Positions 52,184 to 62,655 of a DNA stretch of 64,000 bases are shown here, piece by piece. Made by a program: the position numbers and the translations under genes. The notes under the pieces were generated by a model. It worked only from the letters and a program-made list of their open reading frames with translations. It searched no databases and had not been told where the DNA came from. The stretch comes from Terriglobia bacterium. Lineage in GTDB: Bacteria > Acidobacteriota > Terriglobia > JAJPHL01 > JAPKYU01. Numbering within the stretch: the stretch's first letter is position 1; each line of letters opens with the position of its first letter. The stretch spans positions 736,001-800,000 of the forward strand of contig CBDBKE010000004.1 of NCBI GenBank assembly GCA_965206645.1, written 5' to 3'.

Positions 52184-53191
52184 TCAGTCCAGGTCGTAGC
52201 GCTTGCGCTTCTTGAGCAGCGGCTTGCGGCTGATACCCAGGATTTGGGCGGCGCGGGACTTGCGGCCGCGGGTGTAATCCAGCACCTCGGCGATGTACTG
52301 CCGCTCAAGTTCAGCTAGCGTCGGCTTGCCTTCGACTGACGACTTGCCTTCGGACAGGTGGGCGGGCAGCTGCTCCAGACCAATCTCCTGGCCAGACGCG
52401 AAGATGAGGGCGCGCTCCAGCAGGTTCTTCAGCTCGCGGACGTTGCCCGGGAAGTCGTATTGCTCGAGCGCCGCGGCGGCCTTGGGCGCAAGACGAACCG
52501 GGCGTCTGCGGTGCACTTCGGCCAGGGCGGCCAGCAGGTGCTCGGCCAGCGGCAGAATATCGCCGCGCCGCTCGCGCAGCGGCGGCAGGACGATGGGGAA
52601 GACGTTCAGCCGAAAGTACAGGTCTTCGCGAAAGTCCCCTCGCCCGATCGCCTGCTCCAGGTCCGCATTGGTCAGCGCGATCAATCGGGCACGAATGCGC
52701 ACGGCGGCGGCTCCCCCCAGCCGCTCGAACTGCTTTTCTTCGATCACACGCAGCAGCTTGGCCTGCATGGGCGTGGTCAACGCCGCCACCTCGTCGAGCA
52801 CAATCGTGCCGCCGCCGGCCAGTTCGAGACGCCCGCGCTTCTGGGCGTCGGCCCCCGTGAAGGCCCCGCGCTCGTGCCCGAACAGTTCGCTTTCGACCAG
52901 CTCGGGCGGCAGGCTGGCGCAGTCAATCTTCAACATCGGCTCATCGTGAGTTGGCCCCAGGTAGTGGATCATCTGGGCCAGCCGGTCCTTGCCGGTGCCG
53001 CTTTCGCCGCGGATCAGGACGGTAGTGGAGGTGAGGGCCACCTTGTGGGCGATCTCGGCAACCTTGCAGGACTGCGGGTCTTGGGCCACCCACAGTTTTA
53101 GCAGGACGGCATCTGCGTCCGTGTGCGCGTTGGTGCCGTGGCCGGCTGACCCCGTTGCTCTTCCCACCGCAGCCTCCTCAGCGCCGCCCAA
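52184..53191 (-). CDS. Sigma-54 enhancer-binding protein (AAA+ and HTH, no clear regulatory domain)
   Basis: GESGTGK, ESELFGHERGAFTGA, FREDLYFRL, PGNVREL; start uncertain. Confidence 0.88.
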   Translation of the reverse strand: MGGAEEAAVGRATGSAGHGTNAHTDADAVLLKLWVAQDPQSCKVAEIAHKVALTSTTVLIRGESGTGKDRLAQMIHYLGPTHDEPMLKIDCASLPPELVESELFGHERGAFTGADAQKRGRLELAGGGTIVLDEVAALTTPMQAKLLRVIEEKQFERLGGAAAVRIRARLIALTNADLEQAIGRGDFREDLYFRLNVFPIVLPPLRERRGDILPLAEHLLAALAEVHRRRPVRLAPKAAAALEQYDFPGNVRELKNLLERALIFASGQEIGLEQLPAHLSEGKSSVEGKPTLAELERQYIAEVLDYTRGRKSRAAQILGISRKPLLKKRKRYDLD

Positions 53192-53242
53192 AGATCAGAG
53201 ACTTCCCGAAGAAACCAAATGAGCCGGTCACGGTGCTGGCCA

Positions 53243-53587
53243 TCAGCCGGCTTCCTCCAAACGAATGCGGGGAGCCATCCGCCAGAGCCGCTCCAGGTCG
53301 TAATACAGGCGGGCTTTAGGAGAGAAAACATGGACCATGAAATCTACATAGTCCATCAGGATCCACTCCGCCTGAGGGTAGCCTTCGATGTGGTAGGGCC
53401 GCAGACCGCCGCGCTTCAAGCAGAGCTCGATTTCTTCGCTGATGGCTTGCACCTGTCGGGAACTGGCGCCAGTGCAGATCAGAAAGTAGTCGGTGAACGA
53501 GCAAACATCCCTCAACTCCAGCGCGACCAGGTCCATGGCTTTCTTGTCCAGTGCCGCGGTAACCGCAGCTTGGAGTTCAGGCTTCAT
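53243..53587 (-). CDS. rsfS: Ribosome silencing factor
   Basis: DKKA, DYFLICTG, WILMDY, YYDLERLW. Confidence 0.93.
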   Translation of the reverse strand: MKPELQAAVTAALDKKAMDLVALELRDVCSFTDYFLICTGASSRQVQAISEEIELCLKRGGLRPYHIEGYPQAEWILMDYVDFMVHVFSPKARLYYDLERLWRMAPRIRLEEAG

Positions 53588-53607
53588 TGCCGGGTTCGTT
53601 GCCGAGT

Positions 53608-54273
53608 TCACTGATAGAGGCGCTGCTCCAGGATGTATTCGGCGACTGCCGGCGGCACCAACCTCAGCAGACTCCCCCCGTCGCGCGCCCGCCGACGCAC
53701 CTCGGTGGCCGAGATTGGTTCCCGGACGTTGGACAGCACCCAGGCCGTAGTCCGGCGCAGGCGAAACTCCTCCACCAGTTCCGGCTCCGGCTCCGGCCCC
53801 CGTGCGGTGCGCCGCTTCCGGAGCAGGTCCTTGGGGAAGACTTTTGCGACCTGCTCCAGGGGACAGCCGGGCCGGCTGACAATCAGAAAATCCGCTCCAT
53901 TGAGCAAGGCGCGCCACTGGTGCCAGCTCGGCAATTCCAGAAAGGCGTCAACGCCAATGAGGAAAAAGAGCCGGTCGGCCGGACCAAGCTGGCGGCGAAA
54001 CCGGCGCACCAGGTGGACCGAATATTGGACTCCACGGCGCGAGGGTGCCTCGGCTAACGAGGGAACAAGACCGCGCTCTCCGGCACAGGCCAGCGCCACC
54101 ATGGCGTAGCGGTGCTCGAAGGCGCTCATGCGATCGTGGGAGCGGTGCGGGGGACGTCCTGCTGGAACAAAATAGATACGGTCCAGACCGAAGCGCTCGC
54201 GAGCGGCCCGAGCGGCCGAAAGGTGGCCACAGTGAACGGGATCAAACGTTCCGCCGAACAGAGCGACGTTCAT
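53608..54273 (-). CDS. nadD: Nicotinate-nucleotide adenylyltransferase
   Basis: FGGTFDPVHCGH, PPH, ISATEVR. Confidence 0.95.
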   Translation of the reverse strand: MNVALFGGTFDPVHCGHLSAARAARERFGLDRIYFVPAGRPPHRSHDRMSAFEHRYAMVALACAGERGLVPSLAEAPSRRGVQYSVHLVRRFRRQLGPADRLFFLIGVDAFLELPSWHQWRALLNGADFLIVSRPGCPLEQVAKVFPKDLLRKRRTARGPEPEPELVEEFRLRRTTAWVLSNVREPISATEVRRRARDGGSLLRLVPPAVAEYILEQRLYQ

Positions 54274-54289
54274 CGGCCGGCGGGCATCC

Positions 54290-55450
<1,161 letters not shown>

Positions 55451-55554
55451 TCAAGTTCCTGATCAAGGAATAGATCTTAAGTTACTGATTAAAAAATAAT
55501 TGCCTGACTTCGTTTCGTAAGAATAGGGGACCCATTTTTCCGCCCAGGCGCCAC

Positions 55555-55824
55555 CTAGGAGGGCGGCTCCGCGACGGGATGAACGTGGACGAATTTGCCA
55601 AACCGGCCTCGCCTCGCGAACTCGACTTGCCCGGAAACCCTGGCGAACAGGGTATGATCCCTGCCCAAGCCCACATTCTCTCCGGCCTTGAAGAGAGTCC
55701 CGCGCTGCCGGACCAGGATGGAACCACCGGAGACCAGTTGGCCACCGAACTTCTTGACCCCCAGCCGCTGTGCCTGCGAATCCCGTCCGTTACGAGAACT
55801 GCCCAGCCCTTTCTTGTGTGCCAT
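55555..55824 (-). CDS. rpmA: 50S ribosomal protein L27
   Basis: [16 protein letters not shown]. Confidence 0.98.
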   Translation of the reverse strand: MAHKKGLGSSRNGRDSQAQRLGVKKFGGQLVSGGSILVRQRGTLFKAGENVGLGRDHTLFARVSGQVEFARRGRFGKFVHVHPVAEPPS

Positions 55825-55848
55825 AACTGTGTTTCCTCCTGCTCACTG

Positions 55849-56154
55849 CTAGACCAGGATCTCCTGGATGCGAATGCGGGTCAGCGACTGGCGGTGTCCG
55901 GTCAGCCGCTTGAAGTGCTTCCGCCGCTTGTACTTGAATACCAGCACCTTCGGCGCGCGGACGGTCCCGAGGATCGAAGCTTGCACCCGCGCACTCAAAT
56001 CCTTGCCGGCGCGAAGCGGTTCCCCGTCGGTCGCCACCGCCACAGCAGGCAGCTCAAGGGTCTCGCCCGGCTCGCCCTTAAGTTTCTCTACTTGAAGCAC
56101 GTCTCCGGGCGCGACCCGGTATTGCTTTCCCCCCGTCTGAATGATCGCATACAT
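55849..56154 (-). CDS. rplU: 50S ribosomal protein L21
   Basis: MYAIIQTGGKQY...GHRQ. Confidence 0.97.
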   Translation of the reverse strand: MYAIIQTGGKQYRVAPGDVLQVEKLKGEPGETLELPAVAVATDGEPLRAGKDLSARVQASILGTVRAPKVLVFKYKRRKHFKRLTGHRQSLTRIRIQEILV

Positions 56155-56290
56155 GCTCTGCCCAGCCTCCTGATAAACGAACCTCCAGTATAGCGGAAAA
56201 CCCCCTGGTTTCGCTACGCTCCCGGGCGCGTAGTGGGTCAATTTACGGTAAGGGCGTTATACCGGCCAAGTGGGGCTGCGTGGCAGCATA

Positions 56291-56318
56291 GGTAAACACT
56301 AACCGACGAGCGGAAACC
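56291..56318 (+). other. Putative recombination site F (class 2, degenerate right arm)
   Basis: GGTAAACACTA-ACCGAC-GAGCGGAAACC then TATCTGTCGAATCCGACGCAA. Confidence 0.62.
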
Positions 56319-56543
56319 TATCTGTCGAATCCGACGCAAATCCTTTCGTTCCAGAGAGCTGGGTTAGTGGGGCCCCGATAGCTTGGGGACGCGGCGGCAT
56401 GTTGATCGCGGTGGAAGCCGCCGCCGCTCCCCGCTTCGGAACAAGCGCTGCGGGAGGCAGCGATCCGCGCCGCCATCATTGGCCGCATCCGCCGGGCAAA
56501 ATTCGCCGAAGTGCTGAACTGGCTCCGCCCTTGGTGTGGCTGC

Positions 56544-56804
56544 CTAAACCGCTGCCGGCTCAACAGAACCGCTTGGCGCATGCGGTGGCACAGAAGCGGG
56601 GGATTTTTTCGTGCGGCGCTTTGGAGGTGCAGGCTTGGAGGGAGCTCCTCCGGGCAATAGTTCGACCATCATGAGACTGGTGACGAACTTCTTGATGCCG
56701 TGGAGATCGAAGTCTATGATGGTGCGTTCGGGATTAGCTTCAGTGACTACACCGAGGCCGTACTGTCCATGCTTAAGATACTGAGCTTTCCGGAGAACTT
56801 GCAC
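56544..56804 (-). CDS. Small protein resembling a stand-alone UvrD/PcrA C-terminal Tudor-like domain
   Basis: GTG start after AGGAGG; LKHGQYGLGVV...IDFDLHGIKKF; basic Pro-rich tail. Confidence 0.6.
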   Translation of the reverse strand: MQVLRKAQYLKHGQYGLGVVTEANPERTIIDFDLHGIKKFVTSLMMVELLPGGAPSKPAPPKRRTKKSPASVPPHAPSGSVEPAAV

Positions 56805-57051
56805 GAAACCTCCTTGACCAACCCGGACACCGGCCGGCCTGAGAACAGCCGAATCGTAGCTTAGAGACGCCGGCTGGTGGTTCAGTATTAGGGCCTAGCG
56901 AAGTTGCAGTCAGCGCCCTACGATGGGAATTCCTTACCTTGTAAGTATACCAGGGATGTCTCGAAAACGGGTACTGAAAAAGACGATTTGTTGAGTCCGA
57001 AAGCACGTGGATTCTAGACGTATAGTTTTTCTCCACATCCTTGTCGTACTG

Positions 57052-57060
57052 TGTTATACT
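57052..57060 (+). promoter_or_regulatory. Extended -10 promoter element for the RRM gene
   Basis: TGtTATACT; a divergent TGgTATACT lies on the minus strand at 56944-56952. Confidence 0.4.
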
Positions 57061-57234
57061 GCCACGCGTATTTGAAGAAGTCGGTTTGTCTGAAAGCATT
57101 TACCTCTATCGTTTGCTTCCTGCCCAATTGACTCCATCAAATTCCAGATAGCCGGTCTCCAGCAATGTGCTGACGGCCGGGTACGCGACCGCTCCGCACG
57201 GGCGCAGCGGCAACTTTCAAGGAGACAAAGAGAA

Positions 57235-57534
57235 ATGAAAAGCTTGTATGTCGGCAACATGAGTTTTAACACCACGGAGAGTGATCTGCGGGCTATCTTT
57301 GAGCCGCTCGGAGAGATCACGCGCATCAATGTAATCACGGACCGGGACACAGGCCGGGCTCGTGGCTTCGCTTTTGTTGAGATGTCCAATGACGAGGAAG
57401 CGGCCAAGGCAATTGGGGCAGTGAATGGAAAAGAGCTGGACGGCCGCGCCCTGAACGTGAACGAAGCGCGCCCCAAGACGGAGGGGGGCGGGTCCCGGAA
57501 CAGAAGTGGAGGATATAACCGAGGCGGCTATTAA
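57235..57534 (+). CDS. RRM (RNP-1) RNA-binding protein with Gly-rich tail
   Basis: LYVGNM (RNP2), RGFAFVEM (RNP1), VNEARPK. Confidence 0.95.
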   Translation: MKSLYVGNMSFNTTESDLRAIFEPLGEITRINVITDRDTGRARGFAFVEMSNDEEAAKAIGAVNGKELDGRALNVNEARPKTEGGGSRNRSGGYNRGGY

Positions 57535-57722
57535 CCCGCGTACTAATTTACCGCACGACGCGCCAGGCCAGGGTGCTTGAACGGGTGGACACCCCCATCT
57601 ACTGACGTCGATGGGCGAGTCACCGTAGCAACCCGGCCCGTCGCGCCGGTGGTCTTCCGCTGCCCAATTGACGGAGTCCAAGCGGCAGGAGAACACCGCC
57701 TTGTCACCAGCGATGCCGGATA

Positions 57723-57750
57723 GGTCCACACTAACGGGCTAGCGTTTACA
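57723..57750 (-). other. Putative recombination site G (class 1)
   Basis: Minus strand TGTAAACGCTA-GCCCGT-TAGTGTGGACC then TATCCGGCATCGCTGGTGACAAGGCGG; near-identical to site D. Confidence 0.72.
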
Positions 57751-57877
57751 ATCCCGGTTTCCGTTGGGCCCGGTTTCCGTTGGGCGAATAGTCGGCTTCT
57801 CGGAAACTGACCCACTGTCGAGCGCTTCAACGCCGAGGGGCACAGGCTTCGGCACCGGCCAGATGCCCGAAACGGCT

Positions 57878-58777
57878 TCAATAGAAATACGCGACCTCCT
57901 CAGAAGAAAACATCTGGCAGGAGGGTCGCGCGGCGAAAACTACTTCGGGGATCACCGCCGGGTCATCCGACCGATGGTAGATACACACGGCCAGTCGGGG
58001 GCCGAAGCGGGCGAGGCTCCGCCGAGCTCCGCGCAGCGCATGCCTCTCTGCCCCTTCAATGTCCATCTTGATGAAATCCACCCGGTCGAGATTCAAATGA
58101 GAAACAGTTTCATCAATAGAGGTAGCGGGCACCTTTGCACCAGGGCAGTCATCCTCCGGGGGTCGCACGATGCCTGTCCCGCTGTTGTCCAGCTTCGCGT
58201 CGGAGAAGCTGAGCGTGCCCGGAGTCTCCCAGACGGCGGCCTCCACCAGGATCACGCGCCCTTCCTCGATTTCCTGTTGGAAAGTTTGCTTATAACAGGT
58301 GATATTCGTCGATTCCGGTTCGAAAGCGACTACGAGCTGGGCCCCCCGATTCAGCGCAAACCTGGAAAAGGTGCCCAGATGGGATCCAACATCCAAAACA
58401 ACATCTCCACTTCGAATCACCACGGCTCCGCGCTGGTATATTCCCCAGAAAAGCTGTTCTATTGACATAGCAGCCAACAAGTTACCGTCGTTACTCCGGC
58501 CCCAGAAGACACCTATAGGCGTTTCCCACAAAACTGGACAAGGTTCTTCGCCATTTCGCTTTGCTCTCGCCAATGGCGGCTGAAGCCCCAGTCGCTTAGG
58601 CGTCATCAGGAGAAGCAAGTCCGACCACTCCATGTGCGGGAGCAAACCCCGGAACTCGAGACTTAAGATGTGCGCTCTCCATTGGAGGCTGCGCGAAGAG
58701 GCTGCTCGCCAAGCAGCGAGGGGCAAGACAACCAACAGGAACAGACTCGCTAAGACCTTCTCCCTCCGGCTCTGCAT
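57878..58777 (-). CDS. FkbM-family methyltransferase
   Basis: VLDVGSHLG, AFEP, IKMDIEGAE. Confidence 0.88.
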   Translation of the reverse strand: MQSRREKVLASLFLLVVLPLAAWRAASSRSLQWRAHILSLEFRGLLPHMEWSDLLLLMTPKRLGLQPPLARAKRNGEEPCPVLWETPIGVFWGRSNDGNLLAAMSIEQLFWGIYQRGAVVIRSGDVVLDVGSHLGTFSRFALNRGAQLVVAFEPESTNITCYKQTFQQEIEEGRVILVEAAVWETPGTLSFSDAKLDNSGTGIVRPPEDDCPGAKVPATSIDETVSHLNLDRVDFIKMDIEGAERHALRGARRSLARFGPRLAVCIYHRSDDPAVIPEVVFAARPSCQMFSSEEVAYFY

Positions 58778-58873
58778 CGCCCTCATTCTAACAGGTAGCG
58801 GGAAGAGTCCTTGCCCTGAAAGCGGCACGGGCTGCAGACTGTGGGGCCCTTTGGGAGGTCCGCCCGGCAGGGC

Positions 58874-59161
58874 TCAGCGGCGCAGGCGCTGGAAATGGCT
58901 GCGGATCACCTGGACGCTGAAGATCACGAAAGCGATTGTGGCGACGGCGAAAGCGAAGGCCGGCAGCCAGATCAACGAGAAGCTATTGGTCCACAGCAGA
59001 GGCAGCACGGCAAAGGCGCAGGCGACCACCAGGGCCAGCGTCAGGCGGAACCAGCGGGTAGTCTCCGGGTAGGGAAAGCGCAGGCTGAGCAACAGAGCCA
59101 GGCCCGCCAGCACCGAAGTCCACAACAGGTGAAAGTAGACTACCAGGTGGACGTTGGGCAC
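58874..59161 (-). CDS. Small membrane protein
   Basis: Three hydrophobic segments; lies in the operon after the TPR gene. Confidence 0.6.
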   Translation of the reverse strand: MPNVHLVVYFHLLWTSVLAGLALLLSLRFPYPETTRWFRLTLALVVACAFAVLPLLWTNSFSLIWLPAFAFAVATIAFVIFSVQVIRSHFQRLRR

Positions 59162-59162
59162 G

Positions 59163-59663
59163 TTAGTTCCATCGCGATTGCAGGCGGCGGAGGGCCTGGT
59201 GGGCGAGCAGGTACTGGGGATTCTGCTCGAGCGCGTGCCTGTAGCACTGGGCCGCGTCGGGCCAGCGATGGAAGTGCTCGTGCACGCGCCCGCTATTCAG
59301 GTGCGCAAAGAAGTAGCTCTCATAGCGGGACGCCTTCAGCGCCTTCTCGAACCAGGGCAGGGCCTCCTCCCAACGACTCAGTTCAATTAAATAGGCGCCG
59401 ATGTCGTTGTAAGGGTTGCCGAAGGTGGGATCAACCTCGATGGCGCGCTGGCACTCCTGGATCGCTTCTTCGTAGCGGCGTTGGAAGCTGTAGGTCCACC
59501 CCAGGAAGGTGTGTGCCTCTGCGGTGGGCAGAATTTCGATCGAGCGCTTATACAGCGCAATGGCTTCTTCCAGTTCGCCCTTCATCTGGTGAGCGTAGGC
59601 GCGCTGGAAGTATTCCTGCGCCAGTTGCTCGCCGTCTTCCTTTTGTTCGTTGGGGTCAGCCAT
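59163..59663 (-). CDS. TPR protein
   Basis: AEAHTFLGW, DPTFGNPYNDIG. Confidence 0.88.
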   Translation of the reverse strand: MADPNEQKEDGEQLAQEYFQRAYAHQMKGELEEAIALYKRSIEILPTAEAHTFLGWTYSFQRRYEEAIQECQRAIEVDPTFGNPYNDIGAYLIELSRWEEALPWFEKALKASRYESYFFAHLNSGRVHEHFHRWPDAAQCYRHALEQNPQYLLAHQALRRLQSRWN

Positions 59664-60603
59664 AGGCGCTGCTGGCGTTCCAAACGTAGGCGGAGAACTC
59701 CTTCAGAGTTTGGAAGCCCATCCGTTCGTAAAGTTGGAGGGCCTGCTGGTTGGCCGAGGTCACCGTTAAGCTGAGGCCGGCGAATTCTGCCCGCCGGAAC
59801 ACTTCCGCGCTTCGCCGGACCAACTCAAAGCCAATCCCGGCGCCGTGAAATTCGGGGGCCACGCAGACCTGGGTGATATGGCCGATATCAGGATGCACCA
59901 CCGAGCCCAGGACCAGGCCGCATACCTGTCCCGCCTCTTGGTGGACAGCCAGAAACGAGGCTGGTGCATAGAAGGCTCCACAGCCCGGGTACTTTATGAT
60001 GTTCTTCAGGAAGCGGGCAGCCCCGGCGTTGCTGCAGTACTGGTCGTTAATCTGGCTGTCGATGTGCCCATGATAGGCCCGTGCAATCAGGCTGGTGGCT
60101 CCCGCCAAGTGACGCTCCTTCCAGTCGATCAGCGCCACCCCGGCCAGAGGGCGTGGCTCTAGGGTCGGCACCCCGTCCAACTCTAGCAACATGAATTGGC
60201 GCGGAAACACCTGGAAATGCTCGCGCCGAAAAGTTGGCTCCAGCGAGTCAGCGTTGAAGGCCAACAGCTGCGCCTCAATCCGGCGAATGCCTGGCGTCTG
60301 CTGCATGGTCTCAATCACGTGGTCCAGCAACTGCCCCTCGGTGCCACCGCTGTACGCGTGAGAAACAAACAGGTCGCCAATCAGTCCTTTGTGGTCCTCG
60401 TAGACGAAGAACGCGTAGCCGACAGGGCGGCCCTGCTCCAGCGCCGCGTAACCGGTTAGGGCGCGGGCGTCCAGAAACCGCCGGACCAGGTCGACCGAAC
60501 TCGAGTAATCCCAGCGCAGTTGCTCGTGCCACAAGCGGCTTTCTTCTTGCAGCACAGCTTCCAGGTCGCGCGACCGTATTTGCCGCAGATCCAGGATCTC
60601 CAT
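59656..60603 (-). CDS. Tandem GNAT acetyltransferase
   Basis: VAPEFHGAGIG, N..A.QLYERMGF. Confidence 0.85.
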   Translation of the reverse strand: MEILDLRQIRSRDLEAVLQEESRLWHEQLRWDYSSSVDLVRRFLDARALTGYAALEQGRPVGYAFFVYEDHKGLIGDLFVSHAYSGGTEGQLLDHVIETMQQTPGIRRIEAQLLAFNADSLEPTFRREHFQVFPRQFMLLELDGVPTLEPRPLAGVALIDWKERHLAGATSLIARAYHGHIDSQINDQYCSNAGAARFLKNIIKYPGCGAFYAPASFLAVHQEAGQVCGLVLGSVVHPDIGHITQVCVAPEFHGAGIGFELVRRSAEVFRRAEFAGLSLTVTSANQQALQLYERMGFQTLKEFSAYVWNASSAYG

Positions 60604-60769
60604 CCAGGCGCGCTCCCACCCCCACCGAATATCTTACTCCTTCCCCGACGGACACGCTACAGACCCAACCGGCTACGCTCGGCGTAAGCCGGGCATGAGC
60701 AACTCCGCATGCGAGCGCACCCGCCCTGCGCCACGTACAACTGCTGCAGGACTGTGCTAGGGTGAGTCC

Positions 60770-61102
60770 ATGAACACCTACTACCATCCGGACGACCTGG
60801 CCAAGTTCCCTTCTATCGGGCGAAACGCAGGCGAGCTGTGGGACAAATTCAGCCAGTGGTATGGGGCGGTATTCGCCGAAGGCGCCCTGTCGGAAAGGGA
60901 GAAGGCGCTGATCGCCCTGGCGGTGGCCCACACGGTGCAGTGTCCCTACTGCATTGACGCCTACACCCAAACCTGCCTGGAGAAGGGTTCTAACCTGGAG
61001 CAGATGACCGAGGCGGTGCACGTGGCGGCCGCCATCCGCGGCGGTTCCTCGCTGGTGCACGGCGTGCAGATGCGCAACGTGGCCGACAAGCTCAGCATGT
61101 AG
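60770..61102 (+). CDS. AhpD/CMD-family peroxidase-like protein
   Basis: LSEREKALIALAVA, QCPYCIDAY, SLVHGVQM. Confidence 0.88.
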   Translation: MNTYYHPDDLAKFPSIGRNAGELWDKFSQWYGAVFAEGALSEREKALIALAVAHTVQCPYCIDAYTQTCLEKGSNLEQMTEAVHVAAAIRGGSSLVHGVQMRNVADKLSM

Positions 61103-61126
61103 CTCGCAAGACAGCCCCTCGAAACC

Positions 61127-61200
61127 GTCATCCAGAACGGAGCGAGGGACCTGCTGTTCGCGCCTGGGAAAAGCAGATTCCTCGCTGCGCTCGGAATGAC
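61127..61200. repeat. REP-like palindromic element between convergent genes
   Basis: GTCATCCAGAACGGAGCGAGGGACCTGCT ... AGCAGATTCCTCGCTGCGCTCGGAATGAC imperfect stem-loop. Confidence 0.7.
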
Positions 61201-61290
61201 AAGTGGCCGGCTTCCTGATTCCCAGGACGTATCCCGCCGGAGCCCCCCGGCGCATTGCACAATCCTTCGAAGATTCGGCTCCAGCGGGCG

Positions 61291-62655
61291 CTAAGGCTTC
61301 GGAGGGAGCGGGAATTGGCGGCGCGCCAGGGTCAGCGCTTCGTCCTTGCTCTTCACTTCGCCCTCCAGTTGGGCGTCTTCGATCGCCTGCAGAATTTCCT
61401 TGAAGCGCGGCCCCGGCCGATATCCCAGCGCAATCAGGTCATCGCCGGTGACCAGCGGCCGGGGACGAATTTCCTCCGGGGGCGTTGCGGCTAGCTGCTG
61501 CCGGACGAATTCCCAATTTTCCAGGTTGCTGTGGCTGCTGAGGCAATCCAGCCGGTGCAGCTCCAGGTGTTCCTCGAAGCGCTCCATCTGGAGAAAGCGC
61601 TTCAACTTTGCAGGCCGCATCTGCGTCACGTCCTTGAACCGCAAGTGGTGCTCGACCAGCGCCACCACCTGTTCAGTGTCCCGCCGGGAGAGGCGAAGCC
61701 GCTCGCAAATTCGCTCGGTCATCCGCGCACCCACCGAGGCGTGGTTGTCGAAGCGGATCCGTTCGGCCAGCCGGAAGGTGGGCGGCTTGCCCACGTCGTG
61801 CAGCAGCACTCCCAAGGCCAGCGTGAGCGAGGGCCTGGCCAGCTTTTCCAGCATCAGCAGCGTGTGCGTCCAGACGTCGCCTTCGGGATGGAACTGGGGC
61901 GGTTGCGCCACCCCTTTCATGGCTGCTACCTCAGGCAGCAGATCGGCCAGCAGGCCGCTTTCATCCAGCAGCTGGAAGCCTCGGTGGGCACCGCCCCCGG
62001 TGAGGATCTTCAGCAACTCGTCGCGGACACGCTCCCGGCTCACCTGCCCAATAGCCGCATGCGAGCCGCAGATTGCCTCCCAGGTGGCGTCCTCGATGTG
62101 AAAGCCGAAGCGGGCGGCAAAGCGGACGGCGCGCAGCATGCGCAGCCGGTCTTCGGCGAAGCGCGCAGCGGGGTTGCCGATAGTGCGGATGAGGCCAGCG
62201 CGCAGGTCGGCTTCGCCGCTCACGAAGTCCAGCAGCCGGTGTTGCTCCGGAGCAGCGGGCAGCGGATCGTAGAGCAGGCCGTTGATAGTGAAGTCGCGCC
62301 GCAGCACGTCTTCGCGCGGGTCGCGCGTATAGCTGACCTGCTGCGGATGCCGGCCGTCCGGGTACGGGCCGTCGTTGCGGAAGGTGGCCACGGCGATCTG
62401 CTGGCCGTCCTCCACGACCAGCACCACGCCGAACTGCGCGCCCACCGCCAGCGTGCGCGGGAACAGGCCGAGCACCGTCTCGGGTGTCGCGTCGGTGGCC
62501 ACGTCGTAGTCGGCGGGCTCGCGCTCCAGCAGCAGGTCGCGCACACAGCCGCCGACAAAGTAGGCCTGATAGCCCCGCTCACGCAGATGCTGAACCACGC
62601 CGACGGCTCGTTCGCGGCGCGTGCTCAAGGGTGGAGTCACAGACGGAGGTATCAC
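61291..62655 (-). CDS. cca: CCA tRNA nucleotidyltransferase with HD domain
   Basis: VGGCVRD, DYDVAT, RRDFTING, EDRLRMLRAVRF, HPEGDVWTHT, LHDVGK. Confidence 0.9.
   Translation of the reverse strand: MIPPSVTPPLSTRRERAVGVVQHLRERGYQAYFVGGCVRDLLLEREPADYDVATDATPETVLGLFPRTLAVGAQFGVVLVVEDGQQIAVATFRNDGPYPDGRHPQQVSYTRDPREDVLRRDFTINGLLYDPLPAAPEQHRLLDFVSGEADLRAGLIRTIGNPAARFAEDRLRMLRAVRFAARFGFHIEDATWEAICGSHAAIGQVSRERVRDELLKILTGGGAHRGFQLLDESGLLADLLPEVAAMKGVAQPPQFHPEGDVWTHTLLMLEKLARPSLTLALGVLLHDVGKPPTFRLAERIRFDNHASVGARMTERICERLRLSRRDTEQVVALVEHHLRFKDVTQMRPAKLKRFLQMERFEEHLELHRLDCLSSHSNLENWEFVRQQLAATPPEEIRPRPLVTGDDLIALGYRPGPRFKEILQAIEDAQLEGEVKSKDEALTLARRQFPLPPKP

Larger units (their letters stand above)
56229..57819 (-). 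mobile_element. Non-autonomous TIR element, copy 2 (inverted relative to copy 1)
   Basis: Ends CGTAGTGGGTCAATTTACGG / TCGGAAACTGACCCACTGTC; 56229-56340 matches the reverse complement of about 30752-30860, and 57695-57819 matches sites A/D and the left end of copy 1. Confidence 0.72.

Noticed and set aside
56359-56390. Extra right-arm-like TAGTGGGGCCC
   Set aside because: No CTA-ended left arm; part of a small hairpin.
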